A program made the position numbers and the translations under genes. Positions 13,579 through 49,439 of a stretch of 64,000 nt of DNA are shown here, one piece after another. Source of the DNA: Chrysomallon squamiferum (lineage: Eukaryota; Animalia; Mollusca); assembly GCA_012295275.1 (NCBI GenBank), contig CM022679.1:27714001-27778000 (forward strand), read 5' to 3'. The notes under the pieces were generated by a model. It had not been told where the DNA came from. It made no database searches and worked only from the letters and a program-made list of their open reading frames with translations. Each line of letters starts with the position of its first letter. Position 1 is the first letter of the stretch.

Positions 13579-15099
13579 GTTTTAATAACTATCGCATTAT
13601 AAAGAGTTTTTTCAAGGTAAAATTTGAAATATGTTTTTTCTCTAATGATGACAGGACTTCGGAACAAGTTTTGTTTATTTGTTTCTTTGTTGATTTTGTT
13701 GTTGTTTTGTTGTTTGTTTGTTTGTTTGTTTTTCCTATTCATATATCTATAATACTGTTTTTCTGTAAACTATTGTCTTAATTTTCTAAAGAAAACTGTA
13801 TTCAAAATTCGCAAATGCGAAATTAATATTCATTTGCCACATAACGCTTTTCATCGTTTCTTACAAGCATTTTGCCAGTCGGTAAAGTTCTGGCATTGGA
13901 ACAAATCTTTAACGCTTGACTGCTAGCTTCGTGTTTTACTGGAAGCTATTACAGAAAAGCTGCTCTGCTGTTTTCGCGAGCTCCACTCGTTTCATCTTTG
14001 ACCGTTTCAAGGGTCAAGAGAAGTTATCTTCCTTAATCAGAGAATGTCCAGAGAAAAGGTTAACACTGAACATGGCCTGCACGCTTTAACATACCGAAAA
14101 TAATGAGCGTTCATAGAATGGTATTTGATGGAAAGAGTAATGCAGACTTAAGGACAAGGATAAGTTTTCAAAATATGGGTTGAAAATGGAGACAGAGTGA
14201 ATGTTAAACAGAGGCAAATATTCAAATAATTATTTATATTTAACAAGTTATTTGTTTGTTCGTTATTCTTCATCTTTTTCTTTTTGGGAGGATGTGTATT
14301 TTTTCTTTCTTTCTTTCTCTATCTCTATATCTTTCACTTTCTTTGATTTAGATTTTATCACAATTTCCAAGAAATACGTTTGCGTTCTACACGATTTTCA
14401 AAAGCAGTGCAGTCATGTAAAGCAGATTGTTTTCGTGCCTGTGAAGTGAAGGCATAAAAATGTTGGTCATATTCGTGGATCAGTGTACAATACAAACACT
14501 GATAAGTCACAATTATGTTTCTAATCCTGACTTCCCAGAGTCTTTGAGAAATCCATTCATTACACCAATATAACCATTCTGCTGTAAAAGTCTGATATAT
14601 TTCTTTTAAATTAAGTAACGAAAATAACGTTACTGTGATATCATTACATTTTATTATTATTATTTTTTTTATTATTAATAAGTACTACTGGTAGTAATAC
14701 TATTATTATTAATTGTGTAAGTGTTTCTAAATACCAATTATCTTCATACTTATAAAGATATATAATTCTGAAACATAATTTCTATTAATATGGTTTATTA
14801 TGTAGTGCTTCCGTAATTTCAAGTTGTTTTTTTTTGTGAAAAAAGAAAGGTCACCATGTAGAGGGTTTGTGAAAGAGCAGCCAGTTACAGATAATAATAA
14901 AACAAGAAAACCTAGAACACTAATCTAGCAAGTAATTCGCAACTCTGCATACCTCGTGCTATGTTCAGTCACGTCAAACAACATTAATTTTACCATTAAC
15001 ACGGAACAACAAGTACATCTTGTTTATTTCAGCTAAACGATAAATCGACTTTGTCATAAAAAACAACAAAAAACGCATGTATCTTCGCTTCAGTGATTA

Positions 15100-16040
15100 A
15101 ACATTGATATTATTCACACAACACTGTTTTTAATCATACAGTTTGTTTTCATCATACAACATTGTTTTTAATCAAACAATATTGTTTTCATCATGCATCA
15201 TTGTTTTTAATCATACATTGCTTTTTCAATCACACAACATTGTCATTATTTATACAACACTGTTCTCAATTATACAACATCGATATTATTCATAAAACAC
15301 TGTTTTCAACAATACAACACTGTTTTTAGTCATGCAACACTGTTTTTAATCATTCAATACTTTTCAAATATATAACATTGTTTTCAATCATACGACACTG
15401 TTTTCAACCACAGAAAATAGTATTTGTCATACAATACTGTTTTCCATCAAATCTCGATCATGCAACATTGTTTTTAATCATACAACATTGTTTTTATTCA
15501 TACAAAATTGTTATTATTTATATAACATTGGTTTTAATCATACAAGATTGTTTTCATCATGCAACATTGTTTTAATCAAACCACACTGTTTTCAGTCATA
15601 CGTCATAACTCATATAACATGTTTGTTGATCACACAACTCAGTTATTACTCATATAACATTGTTTTCAATCATTCAAGACAGTTATTACCCATATAACAT
15701 TGTTTTCAGTCATATAACACAGTTATTACTCATATAACATTGTTTTCGATCATTCAAGACAGTTATTACCCGTATAACATTGTTTTCAGTCATATAACAC
15801 AGTTATTACTCATATAACATTGTTTTTAATCATACATCACAGTTATTACTCATATAACATTGTTTTCAATCATTCAAGACAGTTATTACCCATATAACAT
15901 TGTTTTCAGTCATATAACACAGTTATTACTCATATAACATTGTTTTCAGTCATATAACACAGTTATTACTCATATAACATTGTTTTTAGTCATATAACAC
16001 AGTTATTATTTATATAACATTGTTTCAATCATACAACACT
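15100..16040. repeat. ~20-bp minisatellite grading into 40/80-bp higher-order units
   Basis: catacaacattgttttaat-type units become regular catataacacagttattact/catataacattgttttcagt pairs after ~15600. Confidence 0.9.
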
Positions 16041-17175
16041 GTTAGTAATGCCAGTTCTATTAATCGGATGTTTCTATATAGCCACTGCTGTCATTCATAA
16101 CACTATTGTTATTCATAGTGTTATTAATTATTCATACAACTACTGTTATAATTCAAATAACCAGTGCTAATTCTTTTCATAACCACTATAATTATATATT
16201 TATTATTCATATAATCTATTCTCATTATTAAACGTAACTATCATTATTATTCATATAACCATGTTTATTATAGATGTAGTAAGTGTTGTTATTCATATAA
16301 CCACAGCTATTATATATGTAATACGTGTTGTTATTTATATATTGTTATTGATTTAACCATTGTTATTCGTGATATCACTTCTGTTATTAGTACTGGCGTT
16401 GCTATAGCTCATGTTAATATTATCACCCTCATTCTGGTATTCTTGGTAGCAAATGTTACGATAGAAATAACATCAATAGCAGAATATGTAATAGCAGCAG
16501 AAAATTAACCTAAACACTATTATAATTGTTATTGCAATAATAGTAGCAGTACTTTTTATTATTAGTTGCAGTAATAGTAGTAGTTGTAATCGAAGTAGTA
16601 GCAGCAGCAGTAGTAGTAGTAGCAGTAGTAAAAGTAGTGATGCTAGTGGCAGTGGTAGTAGTAGTAGTAGTAGTAAAATACGTATCCTCGACAGGAGAAG
16701 CATGTGTTAAATAAGTAGTTAGTTATTTATGTTTTTCTTCTTTTCTTTTTTTTACTTTTTCTTTTTTAGTGTTTTACGTCTAACTGAATTGTAAGTGTGT
16801 GTTTTGTAAAGATATAGATTGAGTCTGGTAACTACCTCTGCGTCCATCTCTTCAGGAAGTAAGCGTTACGCCCACCATACGTTATCTTTATCCTGTAAAT
16901 CTCAGGAGGTTTTTTTATAGGCGTAAAAAAAAAGAGAGAAAAAAAGAAAAAGATCTGCTGCAATATCAGGTTTCACACAGAGTCGGTCTTCCGTTCTTTC
17001 GGTATGCGTCATTCACTACCGATTATGGTTTAAAGTAAAACGACATCAGTTTAGACCTTGGGGCAAAACCAAGCTATATTCGCAGTTATAAGTGTATGTA
17101 ATAACGCTTTGTATAAAACAAACTAAGCACCAAATAGATATCAAAAAATTATAAAACCGGGAAGCGACGCGGCGT

Positions 17176-17185
17176 CCATATATGG
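17176..17185. promoter_or_regulatory. CArG box (SRF site)
   Basis: CCATATATGG in a CpG-rich patch of the putative first filamin intron. Confidence 0.5.
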
Positions 17186-18204
17186 TAGTACATTACTGCG
17201 TTAGTATGCAGCGGCTGTTATTGTTTGGCGGAGCGCACGGAGGAAAGAACTAACAGAATGTGTAAATACAATAACTAAACAACAACAACAGAGGACTGGG
17301 AAGTCCATGACTTGTGCCAAAAGAATACAATAAACCGATACTGACCAGATAACTTGTGAAGTTAAGCTTATGACTTAATTCGCAATTTGTTTTTCCCTCT
17401 CATTTTCTTTCTTTCTTTCTTTTCGGACTGGATTGAGAAGAGTGTTTGGAAGAATGCATTTGATGATAGGAATAATACTGTTGTTAAAGCCCTTCCGATA
17501 TTTGACAAAAAAAGTAATACAGTAACCAATACTCAATAATTATCACTACTTTGACTGCGACCTAAAATATTCAGGACAAGACATTATCTGTCGTGTGTTT
17601 TGTTTTCAGAGATGCAATCATAGAACAAATCAGTCGATTCAATGCAGAGAAACAAATTTAATAATAAATACAATTAATATAATTCAGTTTGCGTATGGAT
17701 TATTCTACATATAAATAAATATATTTTACAATTTAACACTGTTTGAAAGTATTAAATTCTGTTAATTAACTTTAATCCAAACTGTCATTCGTGGTAAATT
17801 CCTAATAATTATTTTGTAGGTTGGTATTTTTTTTTTCTTTCTTTTTTACTTTAATTTTCTTTTCTTTTATATCATCTCTTTTTTTCTTTTCTTGTCTTCT
17901 GTTTTCTTTTTTTTTTTCCTTTTTTTTTTTTTTTTTTCTTTCTTTTGATCATTCGTGCAAATTCTGCAAGATCAGCGTTCGCACAAATTTTACCTGAAAG
18001 TCGTTATACATTCTGCTAGGATGTATTTCCGTGGTAATTGTATTTCCAGGATTCTGGTGTCCTAGTTGCTTTGGCACGCAGACTGAATGTAAGATAACCA
18101 ATGAACTAATGTAGAGTGTCACTGCAAGCACTTACTGTTTGTTTGACTGTGAATCTGATAGTCAGTATCAAAGTTCATGCATGTGTTTTGTTTATGTGGG
18201 TGTG

Positions 18205-18270
<66 letters not shown>

Positions 18271-19008
18271 TGTATGTGTGGGTTTGTATTTGTGTACGTG
18301 TACCCATATGTATGTGTGTGTATCTGTTTTGGTTGTTAAGATAAGTATGCGTGTGTTTTGTATTCACATAGAATATCCACATGCGCACGCATGCACGCAA
18401 ACAAAAATATACGTGCATACAGTTATGACTAGACTATGTAAGAATAGATCTGGATATAATATGACTAGTGATATATCACACATCTAATTTGTATTGCGTA
18501 ACGCTGCCGTACAAGTTTAAAATTAGGTTTTGCAGATCAATCAGCAAGGATAATAAGCATTTTTTAAAGTGTAACATGGGAATTAATTTTGTAGGAATGT
18601 GTTTGTTGGCAAGGAAAGATAATTCCTAAGCAATACAACCCACTCAATCCCCTCCGCTACAAAAAAAAAAAAAAAAAAAAGCCGAACCGTTTGAATTAGT
18701 CAAATTACAAACGGTAAACAGAAGTAAAAATAGAAATACGAATCGTTTACATGAAATTTTGCAACGTATACAACGTACACGTGTACTGTTTTCTGAAATA
18801 AATAAAACAAAGTATCATGTACAGATTAGCATATTGCTGAAATTATTTATATTAATAATCTTGCTTGTAGTTAAAAGCTTTAGTAGATAATGTCTTTGTT
18901 GGGCTTTTTTTGTGTTGTGTGAATTTTTTATACAAACATGTATAAGTGTTTTCAAACTTTTCATTAATATTAAAAGAAATTAAAATTTGATAAAAACAAA
19001 AAGACATA

Positions 19009-19485
19009 CAGTGGTAGCTCGACTTACGAATTTAATTCGTTCCGTGGCCGAGCTTGTAACTCGGTTTGCTCCTAAATCAAATCTATTTTTGTAACATGTT
19101 TTTAAGTAAGAAATATAGTTTTAAAACTTCAAATATAGTTTAAAAACAAAATAAAAGAGAATGTAAAGAAATAAACTGGTTTTGTAAAGCGTATTTATCT
19201 TGAAGATCAGACAACTTGGCCCAACTGAATATGCTTAGGAACTATGGACTAAAAAATTAAAATGGCAAAATACTGCACAAAACGGGAGCACAACACAACA
19301 AAGTTGCTTCCACGGCGAGATAACCATGTGAAGCAAACGAGAGAGACGCGGGATACTTGCCGGATGTTGTGTTGTTCGTTGCGCCAAACAGCTGCGGCTT
19401 GTCTGAAGCTTGCTCGTAACTCGGATTTTGACTTGCAACTCAAAGCAAAAACCGACAGGGCGACTGCTCGTAAGTCAAGGTACTG
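19009..19485. mobile_element. Non-autonomous Tc1/mariner (pogo/Tigger-like) MITE
   Basis: TA on both flanks. Left end CAGTGGTAGCTCGACTTACGA; reverse complement of right end CAG---TACCTTGACTTACGA. No transposase ORF. Confidence 0.8.
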
Positions 19486-19710
19486 TAAGCTATAATTAAA
19501 ACAACAGCTCTGCTAATTGTACCTCACTTCAGATTTAGCTACGACAAGATTGAAATTAGTTTTTCAGTGTTGATAAATGTGACTGTTTCTGTTAAATATA
19601 TTGTGGAATGGTAGAAAGACGTTTGAGTTTTGCTGATGATTTCTTGATTTGAAAATGCAAATGTCTTGATTCTTCTCCACAAAACAGATGTCATACCTTT
19701 CTAACAAATA

Positions 19711-19808
<98 letters not shown>

Positions 19809-22059
19809 CATGCACACATGTACATTTATATACACACACAAATACACACGTACACACACACATATAGACGCACACTCACAAGCACTCTTTTGTTGTAAGC
19901 AATATATGCATTTTGTGCTGCCTATCTGAAGGCTCGCGCGTGCGTGATGTCACCTGGCAACAAGAAGTTTTATTATCAAGTAAACCGGAAGGAAATTTAC
20001 TATATCGAATTTCACACTTCGGGAAACTCATTTACAACATTAAACGAAAATGTGGCACATATTATTTACAGAACCGTTTTAATCAACATTTTGTTATCAT
20101 TTTATTCATATCCTAATGTTGAGGAAACTGATAAAATATGCAGTGCTGTTATGCAACGATCAGCACGTACGTTTTTCCATTGTATATGTTTCTGTCATGT
20201 TCGAAAATGTTGTCGTTTACCATCATCCTTTGCTTAGATCTTCTCAGAATCTGTGCAGTATTGTATTATTATTTTATTTCATTTTATCATTATTATTAGT
20301 TTTAGTTTTATTTTCTTCCCCGTTATTTCCATAGTAATTGACCATTTCCCGTTGCCCATTCCGCTCCTGCTCGTTCAGTGCATCTGCACCACAATAAAGC
20401 TATTTACTGGATATCTTATGATTAATGATTAATGATCTTCACCCAGATATAATACCATCTGAGATTTGTGTCCAAAACCAATATTTTGCAGAACCGTTCA
20501 AGCCTCAAACTGTAATCTGATAAGGTTATAGCAGGTATATTTCATGATTTACCTGGCGATTCCTGCATGCCATCACGTCGTGTTTGTTGTGCAATACCTG
20601 TGAACGCTTGCCATATAGATATCTCCGTAGCGTGGAAACACACAACTCAAGTGTAGCTCTAACTTAGATTTTACGGATCGTTCGGTGAGTTTCACTGGTT
20701 TTCATTAATAAGTTGATTAATGGTCCAAGTCATCTGTCAAACATTATCTATCCATCTCTCAGAATTATCTTTCTCTCCATTTGTTTATTAATTAGATTAG
20801 CATTTAACGTTTATCAAATAATTTATACTCAGATCATGCTTTAATGATCAACATGGAAATCATACATAGTTATTTCCCTCTTGGAAATAAAAATACATCT
20901 TGTTGAGATTTCGCCGAATATTATTTTTGTAATATTTATTTATTTTTTTATTTCTTTCCTTTTTTCTTTTTTTAATTCTTTTTATTATTATTTTTTAAAA
21001 TTTATTTATTATTATTGTTTCTCCCCTCACAACTTTGACTCTCCTGTTTTTCTTGACGATGTCTATGATAGTAAAGGTATTCTTGCTGTTGGTGGTGCCT
21101 GTTTTTATAATAATGATAATACGACTGGTTGTATCAGGTGATGTACGTGATGGTAATACGTGGACGATAATGTTCTTTGTTCTTAATGTTTCACATCTTC
21201 CAGTAAATCAAGGGTTTATATATTAGAAGTCACTAGACAGAAAATAATTCTATTGCTTACATCTCGTAAGTAAATTTTATATTACAACAATAATGGTTTA
21301 TTGTAATCCAGCAGTTGTGGGATCGTTACTACTAATTTCTATTTTATTTACATATATTTATAATTTTTAATAAATAATTGTTTATATAGCAAGTCAGTTG
21401 GATGTATATTTTTATATCTGTTACGTTTCGGTTCTGAATTCTGTGGTGTTAATAAATCTCGGGTGTATTCTTGAAAGCTGATTTACATTTGACGTGGTTC
21501 GTTGCCTTGCAATTGGCAGCAAACAAGATCTGTCAGTGTTTTTTTCTCGGAGTCTATAAATGTGTAGATAAATTTAAAACTGTCTTTGTTAACTTGTAAA
21601 TGTCAAGATCAAGGTTTATATGTGTGTGTGTATATATATATATATAATGATAATAAAATATATTTTATCTAATCACACTTGTATAACTAAATAGTTAACT
21701 AAAACAAACATACAAACACATACTGAAATGAAATAATATACTAACATTTGATGACATGAACACTCATAATTAACATCGCCCATGTACACAGAGCAACCAC
21801 TTACACAAACAAACACAATCATCCCTGACATACAACAACGACAATCTGAGAAAGATGCATTCTAATACAAGCATAATACAACATAGTTATAGACAGTTAG
21901 CGTTCAATGAAGAAATAACATCCCGTCTAGCAGAAACGTTTATAACGATTTTACTTGTTCAGATGTTTGGTCATCACGTCCTTTCACAGATGTACATGGT
22001 CGTTTTATACTGAGATTCATAGTCACGTGAGAACTCAGTTTACAGAGACTCAAGTCACG

Positions 22060-22485
22060 TGATTAGTCAGTTTACACTAACACTCTTTATAGTCATACTT
22101 GTAGTCAGTTTACACTGACACTCTTTATAGTCACATTTGTAGTCAGTTTACACTGACACTCTTTACAGTCATACTTGCAGTCAGTTTACGCTGAAACTAT
22201 TGTGACATTTGTAGTCAGTTTACACTGAAACTCTTTATAGTCATACTAGTAGTCAGTTTACACTGACACTCTTTATAGTCACATTTGTAGTCAGTTTACA
22301 CTGACACTCTCTACAGTCATACTTGTAGTCAATTTACACTGAAACTCTTTATAGTGACATTTGTAGTCAGTTTACTGTGAAACTCTTTATAGTCACATTT
22401 GTAGTCACCGTACACTAAAACTCTTTATAATCACATGATTAGTCAGTTTACACTGACACTGTTTGTAGTCACGTTTGTAGTCATT
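22060..22485. repeat. 38-bp minisatellite
   Basis: (gtagtcagtttacactgacactctttatagtcacattt) about 11 copies. Confidence 0.9.
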
Positions 22486-22633
22486 TTAACATAAGCTATC
22501 AAATGTAGATGTTCAAAGGTGACACGCACACACATATCTCCACGTACACACAATGAACTGTAGTACTCAGCCGTATTGCAATGATTAACGTACGCACACT
22601 CTTACACTTACGATAATTATAAACATATGTTTT

Positions 22634-22673
<40 letters not shown>

Positions 22674-23391
22674 TCATGTTTTCTGTTTTTTATTTTTTTT
22701 TATTATTATTATTATTTTTTTACGGGACCTAAAAATAAATAAACACAGCATAAATATGCTTCCATATTACAAAAGCGTGCACAAGCTCACAAGTACGTAC
22801 ATATCCTTACTATGTACACACACATTCATATATGTCAGTACTCGAAGGCCGTACACAATGCAGCAGTGCCAGGCTTGGCAACATCAACGAGATAAATGGT
22901 ATTCGTGTGTGACATGTACATACATTTGCAAGGTAATAACAACTTGGGAATGTGTAATTCATAAAGAGAAACAGACCCAAACCACATACGACAGCTGAAC
23001 CTTGGCAATATTTACCTTCCTAGATTTTTGCACAAAACTTTCAGATTTCACTTTCTCTTAGAAATCAATTTAGGGTCAAAGGTCAGTTACAAACACACAC
23101 ACATACACACATCAAAGAAACATACACAAATACCTCTTCATGAACACTATTAAATTCAGTGAGTGACAGAATGCCACATCAGCTATGGCATCATCTTTGA
23201 CAAAAAAAAAAAAAAGGATATACTTTATATCAGGTAGATATATTTATATTTAACTTCGTTGATATTACAAATATCCTTAATAATATACCCAAACCTACGA
23301 CTTTTTTCAAACACATATTGACAATAATACTGATCTGTGCCACTTTAAACCCTGCTTATATAAAGAGTAATATCTACTTACAGGACGAGAT

Positions 23392-45477
<22,086 letters not shown>

Positions 45478-45744
45478 ACAAATGATGATGTCACTTAGAA
45501 TTTGAATACGTTATTCCATACCTTCGTTTTAAAACTTTTTAACAGACATAAAGACTTTTTCCTAACTTTAAATTATTTTGTATCTAATTCCTTTTACAAA
45601 ACTGTTTTAAAAGTATGAATATTTTGAGTAAGACCATTTTCGTTTTAGTTTCTCTTTTAGAGATGTTAAGAAAAGGACAATCTGTTTGACAAGTATAGCG
45701 GATGGAAATTAATGTGTAATCATTTTTATTTTTTTAGTACAAGA

Positions 45745-45795
<51 letters not shown>

Positions 45796-46107
45796 TGAAA
45801 ATTGAATTTGAAACTGTAACATTAAAAACAAAAGAAGCTAAACTGAATCCAAACCACCGCGGATCGTGTAAGTTACAATTTAGATTTCTGCCGCATTGTC
45901 ATAAACTAAGTAGCGTGTTAGCTTTACGTGCAAGCTTATTTCAAGGAAAGTTTAAGTCATTCTTGAAAGAAATTAATAAACATTACATCTGCTGCAAGAT
46001 GAACTTTATTTAGTAATAAATTTAACTAAAATCTTTCTTGACATGTTTTATATCATGAAATTTTTTTTCTTAATGTGAATAAAACACTAACTTCCTAGGT
46101 TAATATA

Positions 46108-46144
<37 letters not shown>

Positions 46145-46458
46145 TTAACTCGTACAAAATATTTTGACATCCATATTTTATTAAAACAAGGGCACAAAAC
46201 GTAAATGAAACATTATTATTTTTTTTTTTTTTTTTTCGCACAAAATTAGAAAATTGTTTTTATCTTTAAATTTTTCTCTGATCTGACAATATATTGGATA
46301 AAAATACAACAGTTTCTTTTTCGTAAAATTTGTTATGAAGACAAGTGAATCTTCCACGGGTGTGAAATTTGCATTAATATTTAGTGAAGCTTTTATAAAC
46401 ATAAAGTTTGCATTGTTATGCCGCAGACGTACCATCGATGTATAGACTTACTTACTTT

Positions 46459-46490
<32 letters not shown>

Positions 46491-47054
46491 TTATTATTAT
46501 TATTATTATGATTTATTATTATTATTATGATTTATTATTATTATTAAAATTATTATAACTACTTGTGAAATAAGATTCTTATAGTTAAAAAAAAAAAAAA
46601 TTTTAAATATACGCTGTATCGTTATATTGTTAGAACGTATACATATAAAATATTATACAAAATCTATATAAATATATTCTTATTTATTAATATAGTTTTA
46701 GAGTAAATTGAGGTTTGCTGTGATTTTTTCTTTCGTTTTCTACATTTTTATATATGATGCTTTATGTTAATGTCATCAGTTAAAATAATAGTTGATGATG
46801 GTTTACAATTTTTAACCCACATTTTTGGATGCATGCAATTGTAGTGCTTTTGTTTTACCTTACTAGCGCATAGAAAGTTTATATACGTTTCTGCTGTGAA
46901 ATTTCTAAGTTGACTGTTTGAGCAATAAACTTTTAATACCTTTTAAAATCATTTTTGTTGTTCATTAAATTTGTTTTTCTATATTAACACGAATATAGCG
47001 TGTTACGAAACAAAAATGCAAACAATTTAGAGTGATTATAATTCATATGTAATT

Positions 47055-47118
<64 letters not shown>

Positions 47119-49439
47119 GTACTGATGACAGACACACAAACACACACATATATATATAGTACAGTGCGCTTTGCAGTGAAGATATAGTATCTACAGAGAA
47201 TATTTAACTTTTAACATAGGCGCGTCAAATGTCACATGACTGACAGTACTGCCAGTCTTCCACATGCATTAAAACACCTGTGAAATGCATCAGCCAATCA
47301 TCAATGTCCATGGTCAAAGGTCAAATGTTCTGACAGGTAATAACTCGTCTCTGCAGTCCCAGCGAAAAGTATGATGTTTGTGTACATAAGTATATACTTG
47401 TACGTATGTGTGTATGTGTGTATCCCAACCGAAATCAGAACAGGTTATCATACTGAATTCACTAATCAGTTTAGTTTTCTAATTTCAGTTTCTAATTTGT
47501 TATTTCAAAGAATATCTAGTCAATAAAAGCAGTGAATAAAATAAGCCAGGGATTCTTCAAAGCATTTCAACAGAGAAATCTTCACCGGTTAGAAACGCTA
47601 AAGGCCAATGTTTCTGTTTTATCAGAGATTTAATCACAGGTTGTCCTTGAGTTCACAAATTTTGGCACTGAAACCGGTTTTCACACCATGCGCACAAATA
47701 CATTTCCGTGGGTTTACTAGAATCAATAGATAAAAAAAAACATCCTCTACACATGCTGCATTACATCTAATTGACCGAATATGCGATCACTTAATTATTT
47801 TATTTCAACCAACAGAGAACAATGCTCCTATGAAATCGACTTTCTGTATTTATATGTCTCCCCCTACCCCACAGTGGACAAAAAATCTCTAATAAATTAG
47901 GCATGCTGGACTTTTAAATTAATGTTTCTTTTCACCTACAAATGTCAGATTCATTTGTTTACTATGATTATTATTCTTTCTCTTTTTATTAACTATCTTA
48001 AAAATGCTATCTTGATATAGTCAACCAGGCATTAAATGTATCGTGCTGTTCAGATTAACACCAACGTGAAAGGTATTTAAAAATTACGTATCTGAGCACT
48101 AAATGTCTAACATTATTGATTTTGTTTGAGGAAAAAAATATTTTATTTCAGGTTACATATTTTCGTTCTTTTCCAGTTAGCATTTAAAACGCGTCTTCCC
48201 ACTGAGGCGAAGCATGAACTATGTGCGAGTAACAGCCCAGTGTGCATGGTTAAAGTTATCCTGAGACTCAATTCAACAACTGATCCTGAGAAAGATTTGA
48301 AAACACAACAGAAAAACAAGCTGTCAGTATCTTTTATTCTCTTTCCATATATGTATATGCAAGATTTACAAAAAAAAAAAAAACACAAAGTATTCTCCAC
48401 TGATAAAACTACGACTCCTGGAGGTTTGAAAACACAGCTGCGACACAAGGTTATATGTGCACAACCATCAGCATACACTGGAAAAGTGGTGTCCATCTGT
48501 TTTGTCACACACACACGTATTCTTATGCAGCAACTACTACAGCAATTCAGTGCATTAAAACCAATTTAATTAAAAGTTTCATGTAAGTCGTTTAATATTT
48601 TTATAGCAAAAGAATAACTTTATTTTCATGAACTAAGTATACACTGTAAAACTCTCCTATGTACACTGCAAGCCAGCACAGCTGGAATTACACAAAACGT
48701 CAAATTACACCAAAGATTTACCATACCCGGTTTTTTTTGTTTTAAAAACCCTAATACTTATTATTAAAAAAACAAATGGACTAGTTGTAAAACAATTAAT
48801 TAAATTGGTGTCACTTACTTAGCGTAACAAGGTCAAAGTTCATGCTTTGGAAAAGTCCTTTACCTAATTAACTATGGAATATGATCAATTCGATTCTTTT
48901 GTCAGATTTCAATATACTTCTATGCTTTCATTATTTAAAACATTAGCATAAAATCTCTGTTCACCTCATCCACCATTTAAGAAAAAAGAAACAAAACCAG
49001 TTTAATAGCACGTCATGATTCCAGCTATATTAAAAGTTTTTACATATATATATATATAAATGTATTCTGATTATACCTGTAGTCATTATCTTCTATCCAA
49101 AATATTTTAGTAAATAATCTGTTTTTACAGAGTGCAATAATGATAATATGGCAAGGACAAATTAACAATGTTTCGATCATTTAATGTGCAGAATAAAAGT
49201 CTAAGTTGTAATTTTGTAATCGAGTTTATCAAAGATAAAAGTTAATTTAATTTTCACATTTTTGTCTACAGGAAGAAATTTTAAAACAGATCTGTTTGCA
49301 TCCAAAGCATAATTTCTATGTCAAAATTACACGTTTTTTACAAAAGACATTTATTATATCCTCCTGGATGGAATTTCAGTTCACTGACGCAGAATCAAGC
49401 TAGATGGAGAATAGTGTAATAACCGAGTGTTCTGATAAA

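Noticed and set aside
48126-48569. Overlapping 147-aa and 123-aa ORFs on opposite strands
   Set aside because: No recognisable domain or convincing exon structure; probably VDAC 3'UTR or intergenic.
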